Below are positions 45,465-55,600 of a stretch of 64,000 nucleotides of DNA, in pieces. The notes under the pieces were generated by a model, which saw only the letters and a list, made by a program, of their open reading frames with translations, was not told the origin of the DNA and searched no databases. A program made the position numbers and the translations under genes. Position 1 is the first letter of the stretch; every line of letters starts with the position of its first letter. Origin of the DNA: Penicillus capitatus (taxonomy: Eukaryota > Plantae > Chlorophyta); NCBI GenBank assembly GCA_965649825.1, contig OZ287706.1, positions 558,001-622,000 of the forward strand. The letters are read 5' to 3'.

Positions 45465-48260
45465 TCATACATAAGGCCTCAAATTGTCCACATGGCAAAT
45501 GATCTTCTGACTTGACCCAATACGTCTCAATCGGCAAATATGCGGTGAACACTGTTCGACGATCACAAAGGGCCCAACCCAGAAGGGACTCAGTTTGTCG
45601 TCGAGCCTTTCCATCCTCACGGCATCGAAGACCCATACTTCCTCTCCGATGGATGGCTGAAACGGTTCCATTCGTCCAGAAACCCCGAGTTCTTTGTCTC
45701 GAGCTTCTTTGGTCCTCCAAGCGGCAATCTGTCTGTCTCTCGTCACCTCTTCAAGTGTAGCCTGCCGACCTCCGATAGTGATGCCCGACCATAGGTACCA
45801 AGGAGCGAATCCGGTAATGCTGTGCGGCGCCTGGTTTGTGCAGTCGACTGCCAATGGCAGCACGTCGATCCACGTCTTTCCAGGGTGATCGAGCAACATT
45901 CTGCGCAAACGATTGACCAACGTCTGATTCCATCGTTCGTTAAGTCCGTTCGAATGATGGGCATGCGGAGCAGTCAGTATACTCTGAGCGCCCCATTCCT
46001 CTGTCCACGCGCTGAAGGTCGGCGAGCTAAAATAGCTTGCTCGATCTGACAGAATTCGCTTAGGGGCTCCATTCTCTCGAAACCACCATTCCAGCCCTTT
46101 CTGAGCTGAAGCCGTCGTGGATCGCTTGAACGCCATAGCCGCTCCCAGCCTTGTCAAATGATCGACCATTGTAAAGACATAACGTACCCCCGTACGGGCA
46201 GCCCGTAGGGGGCCAACGAAGTCAATAGAAATGAGTTCTCCAGCACGGAGGGGTTCGGGCAGCCGTCCCAACGGCACGGTCCTGACCTTTGGTTGAAATT
46301 GTTGACACACACGACACTGACGACAATAGGCTTTGACTTCCTCCCGTGTAACTGCTAATCCTAGTTCTTTGGCAATCTCCCAGGTCTTTTCCGCTCCGAA
46401 GTGCCCCGCGTGAGCTCCGGCCAAATCCGATGGCCTCTCTCTCATTGTGGAGGCCGTTATACCACTTGACGAATCCGGAAATAGCTCGCTCTGCCTCGAG
46501 AGAAGATCTGGCAGCACATTGGAGTGCCCCGGCAAGAAACGCAACCGTGGGCAACACTCCTGGATTTGGTCCAGCCGTCGTCGGATGAAGGGACTTCGAT
46601 TGTCTGCATTTGCGAGGCTGGCCACCGAAGCGTTGTCACTGAACACCGTCACTCTTCCTCCAAAGATCCATGGTTGAAACTTGCGAAGGGCTTTGACCAC
46701 TGCCTCCATTTCCAAGTGATTCGAAATCTGATGCTTCAATGCTTGCGGCCACAAACCAGAAGCACAGCAAATTATTTGCTTTTGTTGCAATAGCACTGCA
46801 CCCCAGCCACTTCCCGACGAGTCCACTGCGATGCCAAAGTCCGCTGTTTCTTTTGCGTGTGTACATGCCACTGTGTGTTGTTCCAATCCACTCAGAAATG
46901 TCTGCCAATCCTCCACCCTTCCCGATTCTTCCGCCTTCCGTAGCGCACCTTGAACCACTCTGCCGTTCACCACGAATCGAACAAGTTGCTGGAACCAGCC
47001 CTTGATCGCTCTCCATTCTGTTTGCGTTCTGGGAGGCTGTAGCTTCTGAAGGCGTGCTATCGCTGAGGCACTTGCACGCCAACCTGTTGGAGTCACAACG
47101 TGTCCCAAGAAGTCAAATACCTCTTGCATGAAGGAGCACTTATCCGGTCGCATTCGCCATCCCCGTTTTTCCAGAATCTGGAGTACTTGGCGTAGATCTC
47201 GGAGATGTTCTGGTACTGATTGCGAGAGCAAAAGAATATCATCCATGTAAACCACCACTTGGCTCTGCACTGCTTCATCCATTTCTGCAATCGCAGGTCT
47301 CAATGCTCTTAGGAATTCACTAGGTGAATTGACGTATCCGAAGGGGAGTCGTTCGTAGACGTAGAATTTCCGTCGCAAACACACTCCAAAGCAATGATGC
47401 AGCTTGGGAGCCAGCTCTACTTGGAAATACGCGTTTTGCAAATCGATTGCTGACCCGACCACATACGGGCGCACCCCAGCGATCGTATGCTCTCTATTCA
47501 CTGCCAGGAAGGGCTGCGCTTCTACGCACGAGTTCAGCTTTCGAAAATCGAGCACCAATCGCACATCTCCAGTTTTTTTCGGAATACAGAACGCCGGGAT
47601 CAAATATGGCTCTTGGGACGTCTCCCTGACCACCCCCAACTCTACTAACTTGTTGATTTCTTCTAGAACTAACGACTCTTCGCTGGGTGATATGGAGGGC
47701 GATGATTGTTGTCTTGTCAGGCGATGCTGAAATGGGATATCTGTCACCACATGATCGACACATTTCCCAAGATTGCCACTGGTTAAGTCGTGGAATTCTC
47801 GCAATATATTCTGCAAATCTTCTCCATACGCAACAATGCTTCTCAGCGGCAACGGAATTCCTCTTTCTGTCAACGGAATTTGCCCTCTGTCTGGAACCAG
47901 TACATGCGTCACATTGGTTTGGATGATGCACAGTGGCATCCTAGGCGTCAAATGTTGTGGCATCCGACCTCGATTCTCTAGCATTCCCCATACCCTACAT
48001 CCATTGCTCTGTGGAGAAAACCTGACTCCTGGGCAAGTCAGCGCGTCCGTGATGGACCCTAAACTTCCCTTGACAAACTTAACGGGAAGGATAAGCTTTC
48101 GGCATTCCCCTGGACCCAGCACCCACGATCTGTTGAAAGGGAGTACCAGATAGCAGTTTCTCAGAAATGGAAGGTATAGAGGGGTCTCCAGCAACTCAAA
48201 GCTTAACACCACTGGGCTGGATTCAGTGATGCTCCTTGGATGTTTTTTTGCCCTTTTAGC
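45465..48260 (-). CDS. pol: pol ORF (dUTPase-like, RT, RNase H, integrase), entered by -1 frameshift
   Basis: RT VVYMDD. RNase H DSS..E..D..D. Integrase HHCC (AHAGH...CRQC) and DDE (IDF, SDR, NERWN), with a C-terminal GPF motif. Confidence 0.95.
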   Translation of the reverse strand, partial: AKRAKKHPRSITESSPVVLSFELLETPLYLPFLRNCYLVLPFNRSWVLGPGECRKLILPVKFVKGSLGSITDALTCPGVRFSPQSNGCRVWGMLENRGRMPQHLTPRMPLCIIQTNVTHVLVPDRGQIPLTERGIPLPLRSIVAYGEDLQNILREFHDLTSGNLGKCVDHVVTDIPFQHRLTRQQSSPSISPSEESLVLEEINKLVELGVVRETSQEPYLIPAFCIPKKTGDVRLVLDFRKLNSCVEAQPFLAVNREHTIAGVRPYVVGSAIDLQNAYFQVELAPKLHHCFGVCLRRKFYVYERLPFGYVNSPSEFLRALRPAIAEMDEAVQSQVVVYMDDILLLSQSVPEHLRDLRQVLQILEKRGWRMRPDKCSFMQEVFDFLGHVVTPTGWRASASAIARLQKLQPPRTQTEWRAIKGWFQQLVRFVVNGRVVQGALRKAEESGRVEDWQTFLSGLEQHTVACTHAKETADFGIAVDSSGSGWGAVLLQQKQIICCASGLWPQALKHQISNHLEMEAVVKALRKFQPWIFGGRVTVFSDNASVASLANADNRSPFIRRRLDQIQECCPRLRFLPGHSNVLPDLLSRQSELFPDSSSGITASTMRERPSDLAGAHAGHFGAEKTWEIAKELGLAVTREEVKAYCRQCRVCQQFQPKVRTVPLGRLPEPLRAGELISIDFVGPLRAARTGVRYVFTMVDHLTRLGAAMAFKRSTTASAQKGLEWWFRENGAPKRILSDRASYFSSPTFSAWTEEWGAQSILTAPHAHHSNGLNERWNQTLVNRLRRMLLDHPGKTWIDVLPLAVDCTNQAPHSITGFAPWYLWSGITIGGRQATLEEVTRDRQIAAWRTKEARDKELGVSGRMEPFQPSIGEEVWVFDAVRMERLDDKLSPFWVGPFVIVEQCSPHICRLRRIGSSQKIICHVDNLRPYV
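48187..48250 (-). promoter_or_regulatory. -1 programmed ribosomal frameshift signal (A_AAA_AAC + H-type pseudoknot)
   Basis: In-frame slippery heptamer at 48248-48242, 8-9 nt spacer, stem 1 GCATCACTG/CAGTGGTGT. Loop TCCAGC pairs with downstream GCTGGA. A -1 shift joins the two ORFs. Confidence 0.85.
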
Positions 48261-49756
48261 TCATCGAGCTCAGTTTGGAGTCTTTGCATTTCTTCGAGGA
48301 GATGGGTCACATCAGTTTGGTTAAGGACCTTTAGCTGTGCCTGCGTGCATGTTATTTCTTCACCATTTCTGCGCCAGATTCTCTTTTCTTGGCAATCAAT
48401 GAGAAGTTGATTTGTAGCGAAGAAAGGGAATCCCAGGATGAGCGGCGGGCCTTTGCCTCCAATCACAAACGCTTCCATCTCATATGGATGGTCATCTATA
48501 CGGGCTTCGATGTTTATGCGTCCCAGAATTGGAGAGGCACTTCCATTTCCCAGCGAAACGTATAGGTTTCCACACTGTGTTACTCTCTGCTGGATTCCCA
48601 ATGCTTTCACAGTAGCCTCTTGAATGAAACATGCAGTGGCGCCAGTATCCACCAAACCACTGATCTTGGTCCCTTCGATGCAGGTCGGCACGTTCATGCT
48701 AGCCTTTTCCACCGGGGAAATTCGAGAGCAGACCAGAGGGTAACCCTTGTACATGGTATACAGCCCTGGTTTCGAAAGAACATCCCCGTCTTCTTCGGTC
48801 AGTTCAAGCTCCAAAGGATCGTCAACATCTTCGGTTTCGGTTTGTAAAGCCCTGAGTTGGGTGGCCGGCCTCGCGTCAAAGGAGTTCGAGGCGAGATATT
48901 TCTGCGCTTCTCGTCGAAAACGGGGCACCCGCATCAAACGTTTCCATGCGATCATCACATGGTTCGGGTTATTGATGTCCAACCGTCGGTGTTGCCCGCT
49001 TGATGGCTGCGATGTTTCTCCACCCACAAGTGGAAGTTCCAATCTGGCGGTCTCCGGTTTGCCACTAGCCTTTTGTCGACAAGTAGCTTCATCGAGGTAT
49101 TCGACCAGTTGTCGATATGAGTATTCTCCAGCGTCCGTCATGGCCAGCACCTCGAGCTTGTTTCGCACCAGCGTCTCTATTTGTATCAAACTCAGTCCGG
49201 CTTTTCCGGTGTGGATCAATGCCCGACGTATCTCTTCAGGCATTTGATGATAAAGGATCCGGACGGCCTTCTCCATCGACACCTTTTGCTGGGCGACAAA
49301 GGACCGGGCTTCCCGAACGAAACGGTCCACGTAGACGAGTAAGTTTTCCTTCGCTACATCACGTTTCATGCTACGGAGCTGGTCCTCGGGCGCCACGAGG
49401 TCATCTTTCGGCAACAGCGCTGCCAAACGTTTATTCAATACTTGCCAACGAAGATCGTCTACTGCGGTTTCTTCGGACGCCGTTTCACCTCCAAGCTCTT
49501 CGCGACATGCCTTTTCGTCCAGGCGTCGGACGGCTTTTAGCTGAGGCAAAACAAGTTTCGAGGCTGCCGACTGGGGTTCGAGGCTGTCCAACAACGCTCG
49601 GTCTCGTTCACGTCCTACCGCCGTAGTGATTTCCAGCGATTCAAACAACCACTCGTGAATGTCTCGAGTATACTCCGAGTAAACAAGCCAGGTTCTCGTT
49701 CGAGAACCTCGCTCCGAAACCATGTCATTGGGACGAACGCGCTTCGCGTCGGCCAT
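48203..49756 (-). CDS. gag: gag-protease ORF
   Basis: 517-aa ORF with aspartic protease motif GLVDTGAT and ILGFPF. It starts inside the 5' LTR. Confidence 0.9.
   Translation of the reverse strand: MADAKRVRPNDMVSERGSRTRTWLVYSEYTRDIHEWLFESLEITTAVGRERDRALLDSLEPQSAASKLVLPQLKAVRRLDEKACREELGGETASEETAVDDLRWQVLNKRLAALLPKDDLVAPEDQLRSMKRDVAKENLLVYVDRFVREARSFVAQQKVSMEKAVRILYHQMPEEIRRALIHTGKAGLSLIQIETLVRNKLEVLAMTDAGEYSYRQLVEYLDEATCRQKASGKPETARLELPLVGGETSQPSSGQHRRLDINNPNHVMIAWKRLMRVPRFRREAQKYLASNSFDARPATQLRALQTETEDVDDPLELELTEEDGDVLSKPGLYTMYKGYPLVCSRISPVEKASMNVPTCIEGTKISGLVDTGATACFIQEATVKALGIQQRVTQCGNLYVSLGNGSASPILGRINIEARIDDHPYEMEAFVIGGKGPPLILGFPFFATNQLLIDCQEKRIWRRNGEEITCTQAQLKVLNQTDVTHLLEEMQRLQTELDELKGQKNIQGASLNPAQWC
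49704..49722 (-). promoter_or_regulatory. Primer-binding site, initiator-Met-like
   Basis: TGGTTTCGGAGCGAGGTTC directly abuts the 5' LTR and resembles the plant iMet PBS TGGTATCAGAGCCAGGTTTC, with mismatches. Confidence 0.7.
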
Positions 49757-49940
49757 GGGTGCTGCGTAGCAAATATTTTTAAAAAACCAAAACGTTTCTT
49801 ACACACAACTCATCATGAGTCTCTATTTAATGCTTTCGATCGCAGCATCCCATCAGTTCTGTCTGTCGCATCGGACCGTCATCTTCCCGATCCCTCGTCA
49901 CCAATGTGACATCATGGTTCCGTACCATGAGGAGTTCACA
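49723..49940 (-). repeat. 5' LTR
   Basis: Identical to 45044-45261. Confidence 0.97.
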
Positions 49941-50230
49941 GCATCTGATGTCACGTGAGTGTATTATAAGAGATCGATCGTGCATGCAGGACGTCCCGCA
50001 GAGCAACATGACTGTGTCGCACGTCAAAGACAACGACTCTTGGGAAGGACAGCGATGCATTGAGTGTCCTTGTAGATGAAGATGTGACGTTCCTCGAGCA
50101 ACTTCAGATGCAGATCGAGGAACTCTTTTCGCAACGATAGAGACACGTTCTCGAGACATGGTTATTCGCTGTCGATAAGAGGCAAGTGTAAAATGCGCTT
50201 CTGGTCGCATCGCATAGTCGTCCAAAGTCA

Positions 50231-50359
<129 letters not shown>

Positions 50360-51257
50360 TTAACCCACCACAATCGCCAGCTGCCATAGATGATCATCCA
50401 CTGCCGTTTCGGAGACCTCGTTAAAGAAATTTCCGGCCGATCTCGCACACGTGTTCGAATCTACCGACATACAGCTGCTTCAGATGCAGCTGTGTGGTCA
50501 TGTGCAGAGTGAATAAATAATCCAATGAGTTGTGGTATGTGACGAATCGATCAGCGTCTGCTCCTCCGGCCGTCAATTGAAGCGTAGGAGTTGTCACCTA
50601 AACCACATTCTAAGCTCGATCGTGCTTAAAAGAGCTTAACCGATGAAATCGCATTGCTCTAGATGACGCCACACGATGGAAAGCACGTGTGAGCGCATTC
50701 GGAATGTGTCTCGGACGAATGGATTGGTAATCCGATCGACAAATCTCTGACGATATCTATCGCCCAATAGGCGTCAAGACGTATAATTTTCAGCAAAGAC
50801 AGCATGACTGTCTCTCGATGTTTATCAATCCATGGAACTTGTCGGGAAGGGGTAGATTGGCTTTGAAATGGATCTTGATGGAGATGGCGGTCACGGAGAG
50901 CTCTCTCTTCTCGATATGCTTAATTCCGCCAGCGTCACCAACAAAATAACCAACACCCACGAGCTTCTTGGCGAAGGTATAGGCTTCTGGCTGTCCTTCC
51001 TGCAAACTGCCTCTTCTTTATGTACAACTAGAGGCCTCTCGGTCTCGGTTTACCTGAATAGAACTATTCTGTCTACGACATCAAGGAAGGCGAGCTTGTA
51101 CACGAAACGCGATGGAGCAGATAATCTTGCTCGACGCGACAAACTAGGACTCCTAAGAGGCGTTCCTCTCGTCTGAGTCGCGGAAGGCGGCCCGGAGACC
51201 CAGGTGAGTGGGAAAGGCGAGGAATCAAAGGCCCTTTAAGTCCGACGCGGCTCTTTA

Positions 51258-52125
51258 TTGTAGCTTGGTTGAGAGCGCATGTTCTATTTGTTACATTGCC
51301 TAGCCCGAGAGCGCATGGCAACCGTGTTTACACGTACTTGTGGGGACATCTAACTCGACTTTCAAGTTTCTACTTGTTCCTCTTTGGTATCTCGGGGACG
51401 CATTCGCCACTTACAGCACACAGGAGAAATCAGTCTCGGCCAGACTCGCAAAGATGCGTCTAGAATAGCTCGACGAAGTCCAAGTCCACTCTCGTAATCT
51501 CCCCTCCATCGTCGAAGTAGAAGTCTTCGTCTGTGAGAGAACGCCTCGAGATGTGAAGGAGACGTTGTGAATTAGGAGAAACGCAGAAACGGACAGGGTC
51601 TTACAGAACTTGACAAGAGTCGTCACATGAGCACGGTAGTCAGGATTCGAAGTCGTCGACAAAGTCGTCACGGACGCACGAGAAGAGGCAAAGTGTCACC
51701 AGAGTCGTCGGCGAAGTCGTCACCGGTGGGCATACGATGGGGTCGGCAACTTCTCGACTGTGGGGATCGACCCGTATGCGGATGGTGCAGTTGGCCAGTT
51801 CGAGAAGTACGACCGCGGGGGTTCGATTCCTGCGCCGGACACAGAGGAGGGTAGTCCCATCAGAGTTGACCCAGAAGTGTCTGGCGAGCCCGCGCCGAGT
51901 TGGATGGGTTACGGCGGGGAAAGGACAACGTCGAGCCAGTTCGGGGGCCGACGATGGAGTCACCACCCGGACAAAAACTTTTGTCCTCTTGCCCTTTGAT
52001 TTTTTTGGCCGCTCAAAACAGAGATGCGAAGATTTGCTTTCGTATCCGTCCGAACATGCGCCATCGTTACGTATTGCGAAAAGCAGAATTTCCTAGACGA
52101 ACTAGACTCGGTTCTGCGTTTACAG
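51258..52125. repeat. Dispersed repeat copy D (homologous to 27960-28825, inverted)
   Basis: Reverse-complement comparison with copy B. Confidence 0.9.
51728..51986 (+). ncRNA. Candidate Pol III structured RNA, copy D
   Basis: A box 51783-51794, B box 51820-51830, palindrome 51969-51986. Three substitutions versus copy B in the core. Confidence 0.55.
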
Positions 52126-52669
52126 TCGTTCGTTTCTTTAGCACACACGACAAAGTCGCCTTTATAGATCCCGTTTCATTTTTCCTTTCTTAGCGATTTT
52201 CTTCTGGCACACCGACAGAAAACAGGAAGTTGCTAGAATATCTGAAACGCTTCATGCAGACTATACCTATTCTAACAATATGATTGTTGTTCGGGAATCG
52301 TCGTGATCTCTAACATGTCTTTGGCGTGTCGAAGAGCAAGCAGACTTCTTTACATCATCATCATCATAATCGTCCGCTGCTGTTTCGCCCGATACAGTAT
52401 TCGGAGTTGTAATCCTTGAACCGAGCGACCCACCGCTTACGTACTCTATTGACATTGATCTCGGGAGACATAGGAGAACTTTTTCGGAACTCGCCATCTG
52501 TTACAGGGATGACTATTCTCTCGTATAACATTCATAGAAAAGGACACAGCATCTATCGTTTCGTTCGTTTCTTTAAATCAAGCAGGCAGATACGCTGCTC
52601 GTCCCGCGTTACATCTTCGGTATTCACTGAGAACGCCGTTCGGAATCAGAAAGCCAATGGCAGATTCCA

Positions 52670-55600
52670 TCAAACGTGACTAATACAGTAGCCGTTTCCC
52701 CATTTCACTGTCCTTCTTGGCGTTTTCTGACAGGCGATCTTAAGCATCATACTCAGACGACAGCTCGTGGCGATATCTGCACACTGCACCGATTCACTGA
52801 AGAAGGGAGAGCGACTGACTTCGGTCAGCAGCGTTCTCGATTTCCAGCATTTCAAAGGCACAAAGCCAAAAACGTTCACCGAGAGACCACTTCTGCGTAT
52901 GCATTCCACATCTTCCAGCGCCACAGCCAACATCAGGACGGGTACGGCAACCGGATTCTTCGGCGCCTTCCATCGAACACGCAACAAGAACTTCTGCGTG
53001 ACGATGAGATACACATCCGCATCGCAGGAAAGAAAACACCCTTGCAGTTTTTCCCCTTTGAGAGCACCGTTCCAGATTTCCTTGAGAATAACAGATCCCA
53101 AACAGAGAAGTCGATCGTAAGGCTCCAACGGCTGTCCGGGACCAACGTGACGCGTCATACGAAACAGCTGTGCGTGCGTCATCATGCCGGAGAGCGACTG
53201 CGAGACACTCTCCGAGAGATCCGAAATCATCTCCAGTACAAGAGCCAATGGCTGCGTACAGAGCCGGAGCATTCCGGAGAGCAGACCACGGGAGAAGCCA
53301 ACAACGCCTCCCTCGTCCAGTCCTTGGGCAGCTCCACTCAACACGCCAACGGCACCCTCCAGAACCGACCGAAGGAGATCGGAAGAGGAAGGCGATCGCG
53401 AATCGAGCTGAAAAAAGAGGAGAAGGCCTCTGCGCGCCGCCAGTGATATCTTTGACGTGGCACTGCCGAAACCAAACACGACATTCGACATGAGAGAGGT
53501 CACGCCCGTCATGCATGCCATTAACAGTCTTCCGACGTTCAGCGATCTCGATCGGACGAACGCATAGGCTGGATTGGCAAAGAGCAGCCAGACACCTAAG
53601 CCCATACGCTGAACGAGATGGACAGGATCTCCCAGAATGTCTGCCGAGCCAACAACTTTGTAGATTTCCTGTAGGAGGCAGTTGGTATAGTGCCTGGCAA
53701 TGAGGGCCGTCATGGCCGGGACACTTAGGAGGGGATGCTTTAGCTTCAGTGGGCTTAGGCAGATCCGAGCGCCTTCGAAATTCGCCAGCGAGACAATTCT
53801 CTGCCAGAATCTGTGTCCCTCGACAGGCGGACGGCTCTCGCTGGGACAGAAACTGAAATCCACGATGCAGCGGGATATGGAGAGGTCCTCGAGGTAGACC
53901 TTGAGCGTTCGAGCATTGCCTGTTGGCAAGCGGCACTCTGACAGCGTGAAATCGGGCCTAAAATTCTTCTCCGTTGTGTGCTGCGGGATCCATTCCTGCA
54001 GAAACTGCAGCCATGGTCTCAGGACGCGCTCTTCGATGTTCAGCGAGAACGGAGCGAGGAAGAGGGTGAACGATTCCAGACATACGACGCCACCTGGTCG
54101 CTCTCTCCATACTGACGTTGACATGTCCAGGGCCTTTCGGCTCGGATGTACACCCATGACCCCGGTCCAGGATTCATTGGCCACCGGTCCTCGTGCCAAG
54201 ACTGGATAGGTCACATGACGCATACAGCCGTCGATTTGGAAATGGCCGAGGGTGCCTGCGAATCCACACCAGACATCATCCCAGCTGGCCGTCACAGACA
54301 GGCCTGCCATGCGAACGTAGGCCATCTCGCGCACGTCCGATACCACAGAGATGCCAACAGCAGGGAGATGCAGCGCACATGCGATGCCCGGTTTGTGAAC
54401 AGACAGAAAAGGAGGACGGTTACGTTCCGACGATCCAAACGAAGGCGTTCGTCGTGGAAGATCCGGATGCACATCTTCATCCAACAGCGCCAAGACACGG
54501 GTCGGTCCCTCCGCTCGGATCGCGATCTTGATACGGCGCAGACGACTAGAATAAGAATCCGATGTCTCTGGAAAGAGGACGGTACGGGAGTCCGTTCCCA
54601 CTCGATCCAGCTCAAACTGTCCAATGAATGTTCGCCCAGGGCCTTCGAGGATCACTTTGTGCATGCCTGTGGGTTGATCCCAGGCGTAGGGCATGGAGGA
54701 GTAAGGCCGCAGGATGTCTTCCTGATTGCCGCTGCCACATTGCCGTGCGTAGATCTTGTCGGAGGTGAAGTTGTCCAGTCGGTACGGCGCGAATCCTGAA
54801 GGCTGATGCATGAGGGTGGCATAGAGGACGCCGTTGGCTCTCAATCCAACGTCCATCTGAATCAACAGGGTCTCTTCGCGCACTCTGTGACGGAGTTTGA
54901 TCATGGTGTCGCCAGGGGCGTCGATCTTGAGGCCGCCAGACCACATCCAACCCGCTTCCTGCACACGGATACTCAGGAGAAGGGGTTTCGAATCGTCCGG
55001 CCAATGGATGCTCTGTGTATCGTCGACCATGAGCACCTTCTCCAGTCGGATCCCTTGCTGGCGGTACTGGAAATGGGATGCCGTCGAGTTGTTCAGGACA
55101 TAACGTGGCATCACGTGCAACGCAGTCGTGCCACCACAGTGTGGAATCGACACCTGCGTCACGGCGAAGTAATGCACCGCTTTGGGAAAGGCAGGTGACG
55201 TGGATGTTGCGTGCATGGGATGCTGACAGCGAACGACGGCTGCTCCCGATCCTCCAAGGAAAGCTGTCTCCGACCAATAGTGTCTTCCGACTGGCGCTTG
55301 AGATCCACTCGTGCGAAACTGCAGTCGGGAGGCTCCATGCTTCGGAGATCCCCTTATCTCCATACTCGGATGCGGACTGCCTCTGGGTGCGCGTCGAGCT
55401 CTGTGTTCGTCTGGTGGCACCGGCGCATCGGATCGGAGACGAAAGCTTGCAGGCTCTCCTTGCAACAGCAGGGACTGAAGCCCCAGAGCAGATGGTGAGC
55501 CAGACGGAGTGGAACGCGTTGAAGTGGACCCGATCGGGGCTGAAGGCGCGATGGGAAGGACCCAACGATCGGGCACAACATCCTCCTCGTCCATCAGTAT

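Larger units (their letters stand above)
45044..49940 (-). mobile_element. Intact Ty3/Gypsy LTR retrotransposon, 4897 bp
   Basis: Identical 218-bp TG...CA LTRs, 4-bp TSD GCAT (45040-43 / 49941-44), a PBS, and uninterrupted gag-PR and RT-RH-IN ORFs in Gypsy order. Confidence 0.97.

Noticed and set aside
45465-45620. Chromodomain at the integrase C-terminus
   Set aside because: The ORF ends shortly after the GPF motif (…CHVDNLRPYV), with no chromodomain residues.
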